Origin: the human T2T-CHM13v2.0 reference genome, Homo sapiens | Direction: 5' to 3' (one strand) | Length of the DNA: 64,000 nucleotides | NCBI RefSeq assembly: GCF_009914755.1 | Contig: NC_060936.1 | Shown here: in pieces, positions 37,362 through 51,388 of the stretch | Layout: every line of letters begins with the position of its first letter | Numbering within the stretch: position 1 is the first letter of the stretch | Program-made: the position numbers and the translations under genes | The notes under the pieces: model-generated | The model's database searches: none | What the model was told of the DNA's origin: nothing | What the model saw: only the letters and a program-made list of their open reading frames with translations

Positions 37362-38372
37362 GAGAAATCATTTGGTTTTCTCATTTTCTTCTCATAATCC
37401 TTCTGTGTACAGAAAGAATATCAGTTTGTGATATATCTTCTTACATTTTTGGTGTGGTAGGAGGATGGCAGCTTCTTTTTTTATCTTTTCCAAGCACATA
37501 TATTTTTACATAATCAATATATGTTGTATCTAGTTTTATTACTCTTAAATATTCATTAATTCCTATGTACTTATCTGCAAAATATAGAATTGCATGTTTT
37601 TCTACTTGACTCAATAACCAGTGTTTATCTTGTTATTATGCTTAGAATCTTTCAAATACATCTTGTAACAATTGAGAAACAGAGAGATAAATTTTTAGAT
37701 TAGTTTTCCTGACGTTCACCCGTAGAATTACACACTAAAGGTTGAATCTTTTTTCTTTTTTAATAAAAGCACTTATTAAACACCTCCTTTGAGTCATTAA
37801 GGCTAAAATAGTATCATTAATATTATATTACTACTACTTCATTAAGAATTAAGAAGATTTTTGTGAGTTTCATGAAAAACTAGCCAATTTTTTTAGGAGA
37901 ACATGTTCTATGGAAAATAGACTCCTAGCTCAAATCTCTAACTTATAAAATTATCAAAACAACAGCAATGACAACAATGGCTTCTCTGGTCAGCTTGTGT
38001 TTTCACTGCTTCCGGAAACTTTCAGTGCCTCTCCTCCACTCCACTCTCACCACATAACTCACTTCACAGAGAAGATGCAAGACAGTAGAAAGAACCTGCC
38101 TCCCACCAGAATAACAGACCTAAATTCAGTGACACCCATCAGCTCCTCTTTCCCTACTGCTGTACAGAGGAGCTGTTCCTCTTCCAATCTAGGGTAAATC
38201 TGCCCATCTGGGCTCTAAGTTGGATACCCTTCTGCCTTTCAGGCAATTCACACCCTAATTATTTTTTCTGTGCTTTAATCTCAACATTTCCCCCAATACT
38301 TGATTCTACCTATTGGCATTTAAGAATATTCAAGAATATCCCATCTTAAAAGCAAACACAAAAGAAAATAAA

Positions 38373-39340
38373 AGGCAATCTGGAGATTTTTAGGCCTTTG
38401 TATTTTTTTGAGTATAAATGGAGGTTAAAGATGATTTTACAGATAGAGGATAGACAGATAGATAGATAGACAGATTATACATAGATAGTTCATTGAACAA
38501 TACATGTAATCTTAGGAAAATGTATGTGATTTGAAGAGAGGAAAGATTCCCAGACCAAGTATCTCTCCCATAGAAGCCATCCTTGGGTACTAACACTACT
38601 ATTGTGTGCGGAGTTGGTTCCTTCTGGTGGGTTCTTGGTCTCGCTGACTTCAAGAATGAAGCCACAGACCTTCACAGCAGGTGTTACAGCCCTTAAAGGT
38701 GGTGTAGTCCCAAAGAGTGAGCAGCAGCAAGATTTACTGTGAAGAGTGAAAGAACACAGCTTCCACGTATGGAAGGGGACCCGAGTGGGTTGCAGCTGCT
38801 GGCTGCAGTGGCCAGCTTTTATTCCCTTATTTGTCCCCTTCCACATCCTGCTGATTGGTCCATTTTATAGAGTGCTGACTGGTGCATTTACAATCCTTTA
38901 GCTAGACACAGAGTGCTGATTGGAGCATTTTTACACAGTGCTGGTTGGTGCATTTACAGTCTTTTAGCTAGACACAGAGTGCTGATTGGTGCGTTTACAA
39001 TCCTTTAGCTAGACACAGAGCGCTGATTGGTGCATTTTTACAGAGTGCTGATTGGTGCTTTTACAATCCTCTTGTAAGACAGAAAAGTTCTCCAAGTCCC
39101 CACCCAACCCAGAAGTCCAGCTGGCTTCACCTCTCACTATCATAAGACAATGAGTTTCTGGTTAAAATGTAAGTATGTGCCTGGAAGGGGTCATATCTTT
39201 CTACTAGTTTAAGAGATTGGTTTAGTTGGGCCAAGAGTGGATGGATAAATGAAGTGAATTCCCTCAACATCAAGGATGTAGATGGAGGGTTTTACTGGGA
39301 GAGGGCCGTTTAGGGGATGAGACCCTGAGCAGCATAAGGG
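38373..39340 (-). repeat. Right arm of the inverted duplication, split by a solo LTR12
   Basis: AGGCAATCTGGAG...CCAGACCAAGTATCTCTCCCATA...[LTR]...TTTCTGGTTAAAATGTAA...GACCCTGAGCAGCATAAGGG. Confidence 0.9.
38603..39136 (-). mobile_element. Solo LTR12-family LTR (534 bp)
   Basis: Same family as the ERV9 LTRs. 4-bp TSD CTAT at 38599-38602 and 39137-39140. Confidence 0.95.
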
Positions 39341-40930
39341 TTATCTACGTATCTCTTCATTTTCCCATTCACACCTATTCCTTCCAGAGCTATTGCTCAT
39401 CTCTGCCCCTTCAGGAGGAATTTTCAGAGGGAATTATCTTTACTCATTGTCTTTTTTTTTTTTTTTTTACTTTCCATTGACTCCATAGTCCATTCCAATC
39501 TGACCTGTAATCCTGTTCCTCCATCACTCCACTAAACAACTCTTGCTACAGTAAAATCTCAGTAACCATCACATCCCTAAGGCCAATTGCATTCCAGTCC
39601 TCATTAAAGCGGAAGTCTCAGTGGTATTCAACTCTTGTCAGTATATCGTTTTAGAAATACCCCTTCTTTTTGGCCTTTATGACAATACACTCTCCTGGTT
39701 TTCCTCCTACCTCTGCAGTTGCTCATTCTCAAGGTCTTCAGTTGTCCCATCCTGACAATTCACTCTTTTAAGATTCCTCAACATTCTTTCCTTGGCCTCC
39801 TTTTCCAATTCCCTTAGCAGTTTCATTCATTCCTCCCCTTTCAATTATTATCACCTACATATCAATGACTCACAAACATAATCTCCAATCCAAACAACTC
39901 CTCTCTATTCCTAACTCATTTGATTGTCTCGAAGAGACTAGAAATTGATCCTAGCCCAATTCGAACTCAAGATCTTCCTTCCAAACTAGGTTTCTTCTAA
40001 GTCTTCCTGGCCTATATGAATGAAGTCTGAATCTTAAGGGAGATTTTTGACAACATTCTCTCCTTCACTGCCATATTCATCTCACCATCTGTTCTGTTAA
40101 TTATACTTTCTAAATGCATCTGGAATGCATCTTTTTCCAATAAATATGGAATTTTCTACAGTTAACAGCAATCAAATTTCATTTGAAATATGGCTATAGT
40201 GTTTTGTAGTACAGCTTTTATGTTCGTACTGAAGATAAAATGGAGAAGTAGGACTTTTCCATAAGACAGTCTCTAGCTAGCATTTTACCTTGGTTTTTAA
40301 CAGCACTTTAACTTTTATTATCATTCATTTATCAAGCACAATCATGTATCATTCATGTATTAAATGGCTAGTTTAATTCCAAATGAACATTTACTAGATG
40401 CCTTCAGATTTTCAGAATCTATACCACCTCATTATTTTATTAGGAAACCTTTAAAAATGCTAAAATTTTCTTAACTGCAAATATCAACACAGATTTGGAA
40501 CTTGATAAGGGTTATGGCTGTGTACCATTGTGAATTACTAAGTGGCAACACATAACAAAAAATTATATTAAAGAGTGGTACCCTTTAAAATTATTTATTT
40601 TGTGTTATGTGAATTTTACCTCAATAAAAACAAGTATCAGCACAAAGGCAGAAAATTTCTGAGAGGCTGATTTTTCTCCTCTATAAAGGACCTTACATAA
40701 CTCCACTGGGATAATTGTCTATCCAAGCCACAGAAATCAATTTGAATCTGCAGTTCTGGGAAAGATTAGGTCAGGCTTTAAATAAAGAGGTGTAGGCAAG
40801 GTAAATTGTCACTGAATTCTTAAATACCACTCAGAGTTCAAGACTGTACTTCTTTTGAATTACTTCCACTCTTTCACTGTGAACAATTATATGGGCTGGT
40901 TCCTAAGAACCATTGTAAAGGCCAATCTAG

Positions 40931-41246
<316 letters not shown>

Positions 41247-42204
41247 CCTTCATTCTTAAAGGTCCCTAAAGAGGGAGTTTTTAAAATCTTTAGTAGCATA
41301 TTCTGGTGTCTCACCCCAACCCTCAAAATTTGTGAGGCTTAGTTAAATCTCTCCTTCATTTTTAAGAATCTATTTCTTCTGTGTTGAATTCTCAGTAGGA
41401 ATAGGTAAAAATATCATCAGCCTAGTCATCAGATGACCTAAGTTCAAGTTCTCGGTTCAAATTCTGACATTTTTATCATCAGGTTGCTAACCTTAAACCT
41501 CAGTTTCCTCTTAATAAAATGGAAGTGATAATGTCTGTTTCATAGGGTTCTTTCAATTCCTAAATTAGAAAATGTATATGATATCATATAGTTATTTTTA
41601 AATGTAATTTATTACCTCAGTAAGACATAATTCTCTGCCCTATTCTAATTTTATTTCATGTGGATAATTCATAGATAATTTTAAATCTATGTCAGTTTTT
41701 TACTACAAAAGGCAGCATATGGTTAAATTTCAAATTAATGATATATTACACTACCCTAGTCCCACTGAAAATATTAAATAACACCAGATTCTAAGTCAAT
41801 CTAGAAAACTATCCTGTCCTCTGGATCCCTTTACTTCATTGGTATCTATTGTTCATTTGTTATGAGAGAGAAAGTTTATTGTTTCTTCCATCAGAGCTTA
41901 TGATCCTGCTTACAGCACAAAACATGTATACAAATGAATAAAATAAAAAGCAGGAGGAAACAAGCACCAGAAAAATAAACTTCATACAAACTTAGAACAT
42001 TATACTGGGTGAACAACAAGAATGATTTTGTAGTTCAGCCCTCAATAAGCCATCATTAGACATTAGGTAAATATATTAATAAAAAAGCAATTTTTATAAA
42101 ATCAAGACAAAAAAGGGAGTTTTATAAAAATCACACTGTAGAATCATAAAAATTCAGCAGTGGAAAGAATCTTTGCTATCTCCTAGCTCATCTGCCTTTG
42201 ACAT

Positions 42205-42372
42205 GGGATAATATTGCCCCACTGTACCCCAGGAGCATTTGGTAACACGAGAAGAGTGTTTTTTGGTTGTCATGACTAGAGGTGGCAGAGCATGAGTGGG
42301 TGGGACCTAGAAATACCAAACATACTGCAATACAAGGGACACGCCCATTCAACAAATAATTATCCTGCCCCC
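42205..42372. mobile_element. MER20-like hAT MITE
   Basis: TTGCCCC...CATTTGG...TTTTTGGTTGTCATGACT...AACAAATAATTATCCTGCCCC. Confidence 0.65.
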
Positions 42373-42493
42373 ATCCTACGCGCCAACCTCTCAACCTCCC
42401 CCTGCCCCATAGACAGAAGGAAAAACTGATGTTCACATATGATACGAGATTTTTCCATGATGTTCTGGGCTTAGCATTAGTCTATATTTCAGA

Positions 42494-42805
42494 CAGTGCT
42501 ATTAAACAGCAACATCATGTGAGGCGTAAATGCAAGCCACCTGTAATATTAAATTTGCTGTCACATTAAAATATTTAAAAACTAGTGAAATTAATTTTGA
42601 TAGTATATTTTCTTTAACCCTGTCTACATAAACCTTTATCATTTCAATATGTAATCAATATAAAATTATTAATGAGATATTTTTTGTGCTAAGTTTTCAA
42701 AATCTGTTATATATTTATACTTAACAGTACATCTCAATTCAGACTAGCCACAGTGCAGGTGCCCAGTAGCCACATGTGCCTAGGTGTGGCCCCCATATTG
42801 CAGCT
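42494..42805. mobile_element. MER33-like hAT MITE
   Basis: GCAAGCCAC...GTGAAATTAATTTTGATAGTATATTT...CATCTCAATTCAGACTAGCCACA. Confidence 0.75.
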
Positions 42806-43147
42806 CTAGGAGATCCTGTGTGTCTTTCTCACAAATTAGTGTCATAAGCACCCGAGTGCAGGACTTCAGCTGACTCCGTCTACTGTTCCTGTCACTGTGT
42901 CATAGAGACAGGAGATTGGTCTGATAGACTGTTTTACAGAAAGCCAAATCCATGCTCATCATTATTTTGTCTCCTCTGATCTTTTAAGGAGTTGCAAATT
43001 GCAAATAATCGCTTGAGATTATTTTGTGTTCTCTGATCTTTAAGGAGTTGCGAATTGATTTCTGGATGAGTCACTTGAGTATTTTTTTTAGGTCTGAAGC
43101 TAAATGGCCCATTTGATAATTCCAGGCTGGACATATTCTTTTTCTGA

Positions 43148-43589
<442 letters not shown>

Positions 43590-44257
43590 CGGCTTAGTTC
43601 TTATAACTGTTCTTGGTAGTAGTATTTGCGTAATTTTTCTTGCTGAAACTTCCATAAACATTCCTGTATTTCCTCCAGCTAATAAAGTATTTATGTCTTA
43701 ACCCTTTTTTTTACAATATCAATTTTATGTGTTACTAAGCTCCTTCTGGCATTCTTTCTTGCTGTATTGAATGTAACTATTTTGTCAATTTTTCTTCATT
43801 TCTCTAGAGCTCAGTTATTAAATAACGTTTTGCTTGGAGTATTATATAATTATTTTTCATAAATCTTTTTATTTCTGCTTGACTTTCAATTGAAATAACC
43901 CTGAAGTAAGAAGCGTATATATATATAATTTTTTATTTGGATTTCAGATACAAACCTTTTAATTTTTAAGTCTTTAAACACAGCAAACCATAGATTTTAA
44001 AGTATATTGAGCCTGTACATGTCAGGTTTAGATCATGAGAAAGAGGCAATCATGTCATCTTGTCTGAAAAGATTTAAGGGAATGATTTATTCATAATTTA
44101 GCTGGGATTTGATACCTTTGTGCCCTAAAAAGAGAATAAAATAAATGGTCTTTTCTAGTCTACATATATTTTTGTGGGTCTATTTTTCCTCCACCAAAAT
44201 AGAGAGTTGTGTAATCTGGACAATGGATCTGTATGTCTGCTTTTGTCTATACTTTCT

Positions 44258-44491
44258 GGCTGAATTTTCTGTAAAGTCCAGATTATAAATATTTTATGCT
44301 TTACCAACTTAATGGTTTCTGTCAGAACTACTCAACTCTGCTTCCCATTGTAGCATGAAAGCAGCAGTAGCCAATATGTAAACTACTGGGACTGATTGTG
44401 TTCCAATCAGCCAGTTTCATTTCGTAAAACTACATTTACGAAAACAGGCTGTGGGCTGGACTTGGCACATGGACCATAATTTGCTGGCCCT
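44258..44491. mobile_element. MER58A-like hAT MITE
   Basis: TTTTCTGTAAAGTCCAGAT...ACTACTCAACTCTG...TGTAGCATGAAAGCAGC. Confidence 0.7.
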
Positions 44492-44929
44492 TGTTCTGGC
44501 TATTTCAGAATCACTACCTTCACTATGACTGTATAGACTGCTCATCCCATCTCCCATCCTCATGCTGGCCTCATGATGTTGAGTTGTTATAATGACTTTA
44601 AATTCAAAAAAGACAGATTTAGGGATTACTAATTATTGTATCACTATGAAACTATATTTTTCTTCTAGTTCACCCACTAAGTATATTATAAAAAATATTT
44701 ATGCTTCTGCTTTTAAAACACAATTTCCCAATTTTTCCACTGTTGTTTTCTTTTAGTATTTTAGTGAGGTCCATAAAACCTCACCTTTAGCTTCGGGTCT
44801 ATCACCACCCAGCTTTTCTGCCCTTAATTTTCATTTATTTCTCATTTTATGTTCATTTGCTGTAGAGTGAACACTCTGCTAAATTTTCCAACTTTTACCC
44901 TACAGTGTAAAAGCAGCCTTTTTTTAAAA

Positions 44930-46220
44930 GTTTTTAAGATGAACTTAGGGATAATTTGATAATTTGGGGATAATTTGATAATTTGGGGATAATTTTAGAT
45001 TTACAGAAAAGTTTAAAGATAGTACAGAGGGTTTCTGCACACTTTCACCCAGTTCCCACCATTGTTAGCATCTTAATATACCATGGTACATGAATACTAG
45101 CTGAACTCAAGGCTTTATTTGAATTTCACCAGTTTTTCCATTAATCTCCTTTTTCTGTTCCAGGATCAAATCCCAGCTACCACACTGCATTTAGTCATCA
45201 AATCACCCTAGTTTTCTCTGGTCTCTGATATTTCCTCAGTCTTTTCTTGTTTTTTTGTTTGTTTGATTGTTTGTTTTTTGTTTTTTTTTTTTCATGACCC
45301 TGACAGTTTTGAAGAGTCTGGTCAGGTACCCTATAAAAATTTTCCCAGTCTGAGGTTTATCTGATGTTTTCCCCTCATAATTAGGCTCAAATTAGGGGTG
45401 TTTTGAAAGACTACCCTAGAGGTGATGTGTCCTTCTTATCATATCATATCAGGGGTTTTTGATAGGTAGCCACATGCCATTACTGGAGATGTTAACCTTC
45501 ATCACTTAGTTCCGGTAGTGCTTGCTTAATTTCTCCCCTATAAAGTTACTATTTTTCCTTCTTCATATTTTATGCTTTAGAAGCAGAGCACTAAGTCTAC
45601 CCAACCTTCAAGGAGAAGGGGGAAAGGGAACTCAGCCGCATCTCCCGGAAAGGGGAACAGCCACATTTATTATTTGAAATTCTCCTGTATGGAAGATTTG
45701 CCCATTATTCCTCACTTATCTCTTTATTCAAACATTTATTTATTTATATCAGTACAAACTCATGGATAATTATATCATACTTTGTGTAATAATCCAAATA
45801 CTACGTTATTTATTTTATTGTTCAATTTGTTCCAGCTTTGGCTGGTGGGAGCTCTTTCAGGTTGGCTCCTATATTCCTTTGATATACCCGTATCCTTTTT
45901 TTGAGCACTATCTTACTCTCTGCCACTACAAGATGCTGTACGCTCACCTTGTATTTTTCCTTCCCCAGTGCTAGAATCAGCCATTTCTCCAAGGACTCTG
46001 GCTCCTCTTGTTGGAGAATGATATTAGAAACCAAGATTTGTGCCCTGAGTGTTCTAATTGCTAGCAAGGTGTCATTGACTCTAGGCCCTCTCAGTTAACA
46101 TAGCTAAGAAATGCATGATTTGTGTGAACTAACCAATATATATACACATATCTATAAATATTTATATATCTATCCATCTGTATCTACATTAAACTAAACA
46201 TGAGTTTGTACTAATACACT
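44930..46220 (-). mobile_element. L1MC/MD-type 3'UTR fragment
   Basis: TTTAGATTTACAGAAAAGTTTAAAGATAGTACAGAG; TTTCTGTTCCAGGATC; GAATCAGCCATTTCTCCAAGGA. Confidence 0.75.
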
Positions 46221-46224
46221 GCCA

Positions 46225-46900
46225 CAGGGCTCACTGAGTCACATTTTTAAAAGATCGCTCCAAAAATATTTTATAAAACAACAGCAACAAAAAGGGATAA
46301 CTAACTGTTCCAAGAGTGGAGGCAGTGAGACCAGTTTAGGCTGTTGTCATCTAGGCAAGAGATGATATAGGTTTGAATTAGGATGGTAACAAACAACAAG
46401 GAGGAGATGGAGCTGATTCCAGACAGACTTTGAAGATACAGCTGGTAGGATTTGATGGTAGTTTGGATATGAAGTAGGGGTAGGAGAATGAGGGGAAATA
46501 GAAGGATGAAGGACAACTCATGGATTGGAGGTCTGAAGGAAATGTGTGCACTGTGATGCCATTTGCTGAGGTGGGGAATACTAGGGAAGGCGCAGCTTTG
46601 GAGGGGAGGATACAGACATCAAAAGTTCTGTTTTTATCTTGCTAAGTTTGAGAAGCTCTTTAGACAAGGTGACAAGTCAAATGAGCGGGCACACCTAGGA
46701 GTGTGGAGCTCCTGCGAGGAGTCTGGACTAGAGATATAAATTATAGTGTTATCAGCATACAGATGGTAATTGAAGCCAGGGGGCTAGATGTGATAACCCA
46801 GGGAGAAGGCAAGAGTGATGACAGAAAAAAAAAAAAGGATCAGCACTGAGTCCCAAGACAAGACACTTCAGCATTTAGAGGTTGAGCAGAGGAGGAGCCA
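46225..46900 (-). mobile_element. L2 fragment
   Basis: GAGACCAGTTTAGGCTGTTG...GGCAAGAGATGAT...GTCTGGACTAGAGATATAAATTT. Confidence 0.7.
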
Positions 46901-46950
46901 GCAGAGGTGATTTCACTTCTCTGCTAGAGTTCAAGATTCATAGTAGTTTT

Positions 46951-47265
46951 ATTTTTAATTAATTAATTAATTTATTTATTTATTGAGACGGAGTTTCCCT
47001 CTTGTTGCCCATGCTGGAGTGCAGTGGTGCAATCTCAGCTCACTGAAATCTCCGACTCCCGGGTTAGAGGGATTCTCCTGCCTCAGCCTCCTGAGTAGCT
47101 GGGAGTATAGGCGCACACCACCACACCCGGCTAATTTTTTGTAGTTTAGTAGAGACGGGTTTTCACTGTGTTAGCCAGGATGGTCTCCATCTCCTGACCT
47201 GGTGATCCACCCACCTCGGCCTCCCAAAGTGCTGGGATTACAGGCATGAGCCACCGCGCCCGGCC
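46951..47265 (-). mobile_element. AluS (mixed Sc/Sq-like diagnostics)
   Basis: Full dimer. Degenerate TSD ATTCA(T/C)(A/G)GT(A/G)GTTTTTAT. Confidence 0.95.
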
Positions 47266-49574
47266 AAAATTCACGGTGGTTTTTATCTGAGATGTCCGCA
47301 TCACACATTTCCTCACTGCTCTTGAGGTTCCACTGACAATCAGAAGAATTTCAATTTTTACATTAATTTTGTTTTGTTACTGCTTTGGGGAGGCAACTGG
47401 AGATGATTCAACATTTATTAAATCAACTCTTTGGGATTAATGGGTGTTCTCTTCTTCTGAAATACAATGTTCTGTTCTGTTTTCATGAGGCTCCAATTGA
47501 AAACTCATTCCTGCCCCTGTCCTCATTTCCCTCCCTGGGTCTGTGAACAGCTTTCTGAAGAGACAGAGAGAAGTGAGCTAGCTCTGGGAGTAGGCAGTGG
47601 AAGAGCACTACAGTGCTTTCCATACCTAGCTGAAAAGGACCTGTAGAAAATCTGCAGACACATTTATGATCAGGGACTTCTTTCCCTTCCTAACCAAAAT
47701 AGAAAACCAAGTCTCAGATAAACAGGCCAGATCTCCAAGTCTTGCGCATTTCTCCAGTCCTGTCTGCATTTCCCCCATCTCTACCCTGAGCCAGGCTCCT
47801 ACCAGCCCCGCAAGGGAAAAGGGAGTAAAACAGCCTTTCAATATGCTTAGGAGGATTTGTCACAGGTGATTCTCCATAAAAGTGTAAGGAGAAAACTTGT
47901 AATGCCATATATGAACTGAAATGGACAATCGCAAGATTATGTGTGGCTGAAGACATCACCATTGAGACAGTAAGGCCGGTTAGACGAGCTTTCAGTGACA
48001 GAAGTTAAATATGATGCTTTTGAAACACCGATGTGTGTAAAGACACTAAAAACAAATGCAACATAATAGCCAAAACTTGTACTTGACAGAAACACCTAGA
48101 GCTACTGCAGGAATGCTTTCTCTGTTTGTGTATACTCTGAGGATGGTTACCACTGAAGTGTTAAGTGGCTAAATTATAATTGCTATGGGAACTGTAAGTG
48201 AAACTTGACCTTTGATACACTTACATGTTCAGCCATAACATTGCATTAACAGGCTCTTGCATTTACCTGGTGTATGCGGCTTTGCTTCAGGCTTTCAGGG
48301 AGAGTAACTTGAACTAAAAATTGTTTAAGAAGGAGAATGAAGAAAGCTTGATTCCTTTCAAAATCTCATCCACTCCTAGCATCAGAGCTCACTTCTTCAA
48401 AATTGTCTTGTAACAATGCTTTTCAAGGCAAGGTAACGAATTCTTGTATAGAGACTACTACTCCTTTAAAATAAATAGTGGACTCTTACTTATCAGAAAG
48501 TCAGTTGCCTGACTATTTGTATTGGTTGATTAGGACTTTTGGCTAGGGCCTCTAAACAGTTAGCTTTCCAGTGACTTTCAGAAAGTAGTAGGAGAAAAAT
48601 AGCTATGGCCCAGTGAGTAGCCATGTGTGAGAAATAACCATCATTAATTATCTCACCGAATTCAAATCACATGAAATTCAAAAATAAGTGAATTGCACAC
48701 TACAGTGAATAATTCTCTCCATTGTTTTGTTATTGCATTTCCACAAATTAAATAAATTAAACGGATGCAAATTTGATTTATGCACATTTTATGATTTTGC
48801 AAATGTGAATATTCTGAGTAAATGTGAACAATTGGACGCATGAAGCCCCTACAAGGTTTCAGAGTACTAAAACCCAAAGAAGCAAAGAAGACTACCTTGG
48901 AAAGGAAAGAGGTTATATTTATTAAGCACCTCCTGTGTCCTGGGCACTATGATGGATGCTTTATATATGCAATCTTCTTTTAATCTTTAGGATTCTCCAT
49001 ATGGCAGATGTTGTGAACCAACTTTCCCAATTTACGTGGTTACCTACTGGTGAAATCAGTATTTGAACCTAGTTTTGGGTAATTCTAAACCCCTGAGTTC
49101 TTTAAACAGTATCTGTATATTTGCAGATTTCTATACAGCAAATAATATTTGTTATATTATATATAAACATATGACAAGTGATATTTGTTATATGTTTACA
49201 AAGTAGCTCAACATTCCATAAAACATTGCATTTGTGCATGAAATACCAACATCAACTAATTTGTCTGTGTAAGGGATGAGGTCGATTAATTGAGCATCAG
49301 CTTTTATAACAGTTCATGAAGCACAGGAGTCTGGTTGGCATAAATAAAAATGAAAGGGAAATGGAAAGCAAGAGACTCAAAACAAATGCTTCGGTTTCTT
49401 TAGTGACAATTTTTGTATTTATATACAAATGTGTAATTATCATCCACACCGTACATATTAAGAGATGTCTTTTTCATTTGTTAACAACGTGATTAAGATT
49501 CTTAAATTTTTAGCTAGCAACTTTTCTACCCTAGCATTTATAGCAGAGGGTCAAAAGCTGACCTTGAAATACCA

Positions 49575-50480
49575 TTTTTTTAAAGCTTTTATTTTTTTTT
49601 AGCAGTTTTTGGTTCACAGCAAAATTAAATGGAAAGTTCAGCGAGTTCCCATATCCCCTGTGCCCCTACACATGCACAGCCTCCCCATTATCAATATCCT
49701 ACACAAGAGTGGTATATTTGTTATACTGGTGAACCTGTATGGACACATCATTATCACCCAAAATCCATAGTTTACATTAGGGTTCACTTTTGGTGGTGTT
49801 CTTTCTATAGGTTTGGGCAAATGTTTAATAACATGTTTCCACCATTATAGTATCTTACAGAGCTGTTTCACTGCCCTAAAAATCCTCTGTGCTGCATCTA
49901 TCCATTCCTCCCTCTCCCTAACCCCTAGCAACCACTGATCATTTTTACTGCCTCGATAGTTCTGCCTTTTACAGAGTGTCATGTAAGTGGAATCAGACAG
50001 TATGTAGCCTTTTCAGAATGGCTTCTTTCACTCAGTAATATGCTTTTAAGTTTCCTCCATGTCTTCTCATGGCTTGATAGCTCATTTCCATTTAGCCCTG
50101 AATTATATTCCATTGTCTAAAGATACTACAGTTTGTTTATTCACTCACCTACTGAAGGACATATTAGTTGCTTTCAAATTTTGGCAATTATGAATCAAGT
50201 TGCTATCAACATTTGTGTGCAGGTTTTTGTGTGGACATAAATTTTCACCTCTTTTGGGTAAATACCAAGGAGCATAATTGCTGAATCATATGGTATGAGC
50301 ATGTTTACTTTTGTAAGAAACTGCCAAACTGTATTCCAAAGTAGCTGTACCATTTTGTATTCCCACCATTAATGAATGAGAGTTCCTATCGCTCCACATT
50401 CTCACCATCATTTGGTGTTGTATGTGTTTGGGATTTGGGGTTCTAATTGGTGTGGAGTTGTTACATTGCCTTTTTAAGCA
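49575..50480 (-). mobile_element. L1MC-type 3' end
   Basis: GCAGTTTTTGGTTCACAGCAAAATT...CACATCATTATCACCCAAAATCCATAGTTTACATTAGGGTTCAC. Confidence 0.85.
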
Positions 50481-50989
50481 CAATATAGTATTTCAATAGG
50501 CAATGTACTAGAGACATGTTATTCTAAGTTATAATACAAAATCTTGGCATGTCAATTTTCTCTTGCTCTCTCCGTAGGTTAACCATTGACCCCTGCAGAC
50601 ATTTAAGCTTGCTCATCCTAATGTAGAACTGTTCCTTCAAATGGAGTATATATTATTTCCTAGAGGAATAAAACTGTGTTTCCTTTATAGTTAATAGAAA
50701 CAAAAAGTCAAGATGTCTTCTAGTAGTCCATTGGACAGGTTACCAAATTTCAGAACGAATCTTCAACTTCTCAGGTTCTGAAATTCAGTCTCAGCATCAT
50801 GTTAGCATTGACTAGATTCAATGGAATGGATTCCCAGTATGTGAACTCGTGAAAAATTGATGTTTAAGCTAAATGCGCATTTCTTCCTAGGTACTGATAT
50901 GATTGTGCCTGCATTCCATGAGACCCACTTTCTAAGATCATGTTGACTGGGTATTGTGGCTAGTCCATAAAGTTGGAACAGACCTCCAT

Positions 50990-51023
50990 CCAAAATTTGA
51001 TTTAGGTTTCCAGGCTAGTGATG

Positions 51024-51068
<45 letters not shown>

Positions 51069-51388
51069 ACAGGAGGGTATGAAGAGGTTTATTACTCCCA
51101 TAATGATGCTTTCTGGAGAAAGCAGGATAGGCATCTCAAGTTGAAAATGTCTTGAGAGAGCTGGGATAAAATTAAAGGAGACTGGCTTTGGGTTTTAATG
51201 TGGTTAAGGGACAGGGTTGGGGTGAGGGTGGCAGTGTATGATTCGAACTTACTGCTGGTTACAGAAGAGGAGCACCTGAGGATTTTTGTCAGCTTGCCCC
51301 AGTGTTGGACAGAAAGAGAAGATGGAAGGGTTAGGCTGAAAAGATGTCTGCAGTCAAACATCAAAAAATGGAGTCAGACTCTATTGCA
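50990..51388 (-). mobile_element. Old ERV1-class solo LTR (MER89/MER110-like) containing a (CA)n at 51025-51067
   Basis: Minus strand begins TGCAATAGAGTCTGACTCCATTTTTTGATGTTTG, with AATAAA at ~51088-51093. Family uncertain. Confidence 0.5.

Larger units (their letters stand above)
37980..40130 (+). mobile_element. L2 LINE fragment, interrupted at ~38372/39341 by the inverted copy and LTR12
   Basis: Pyrimidine-rich L2-like sequence (CACTTCACAGAGAAGAT, CCCATCTTAAAA, ACACTCTCCTGGTTTTCCTCCTACCTC) on both sides. Confidence 0.65.

Noticed and set aside
37138-38665. Two ORFs with similar peptides (YLSIYLS...IKA/TKA) suggesting a gene pair
   Set aside because: The similarity comes from the inverted duplication and the TATC repeat; there is no coding signature.
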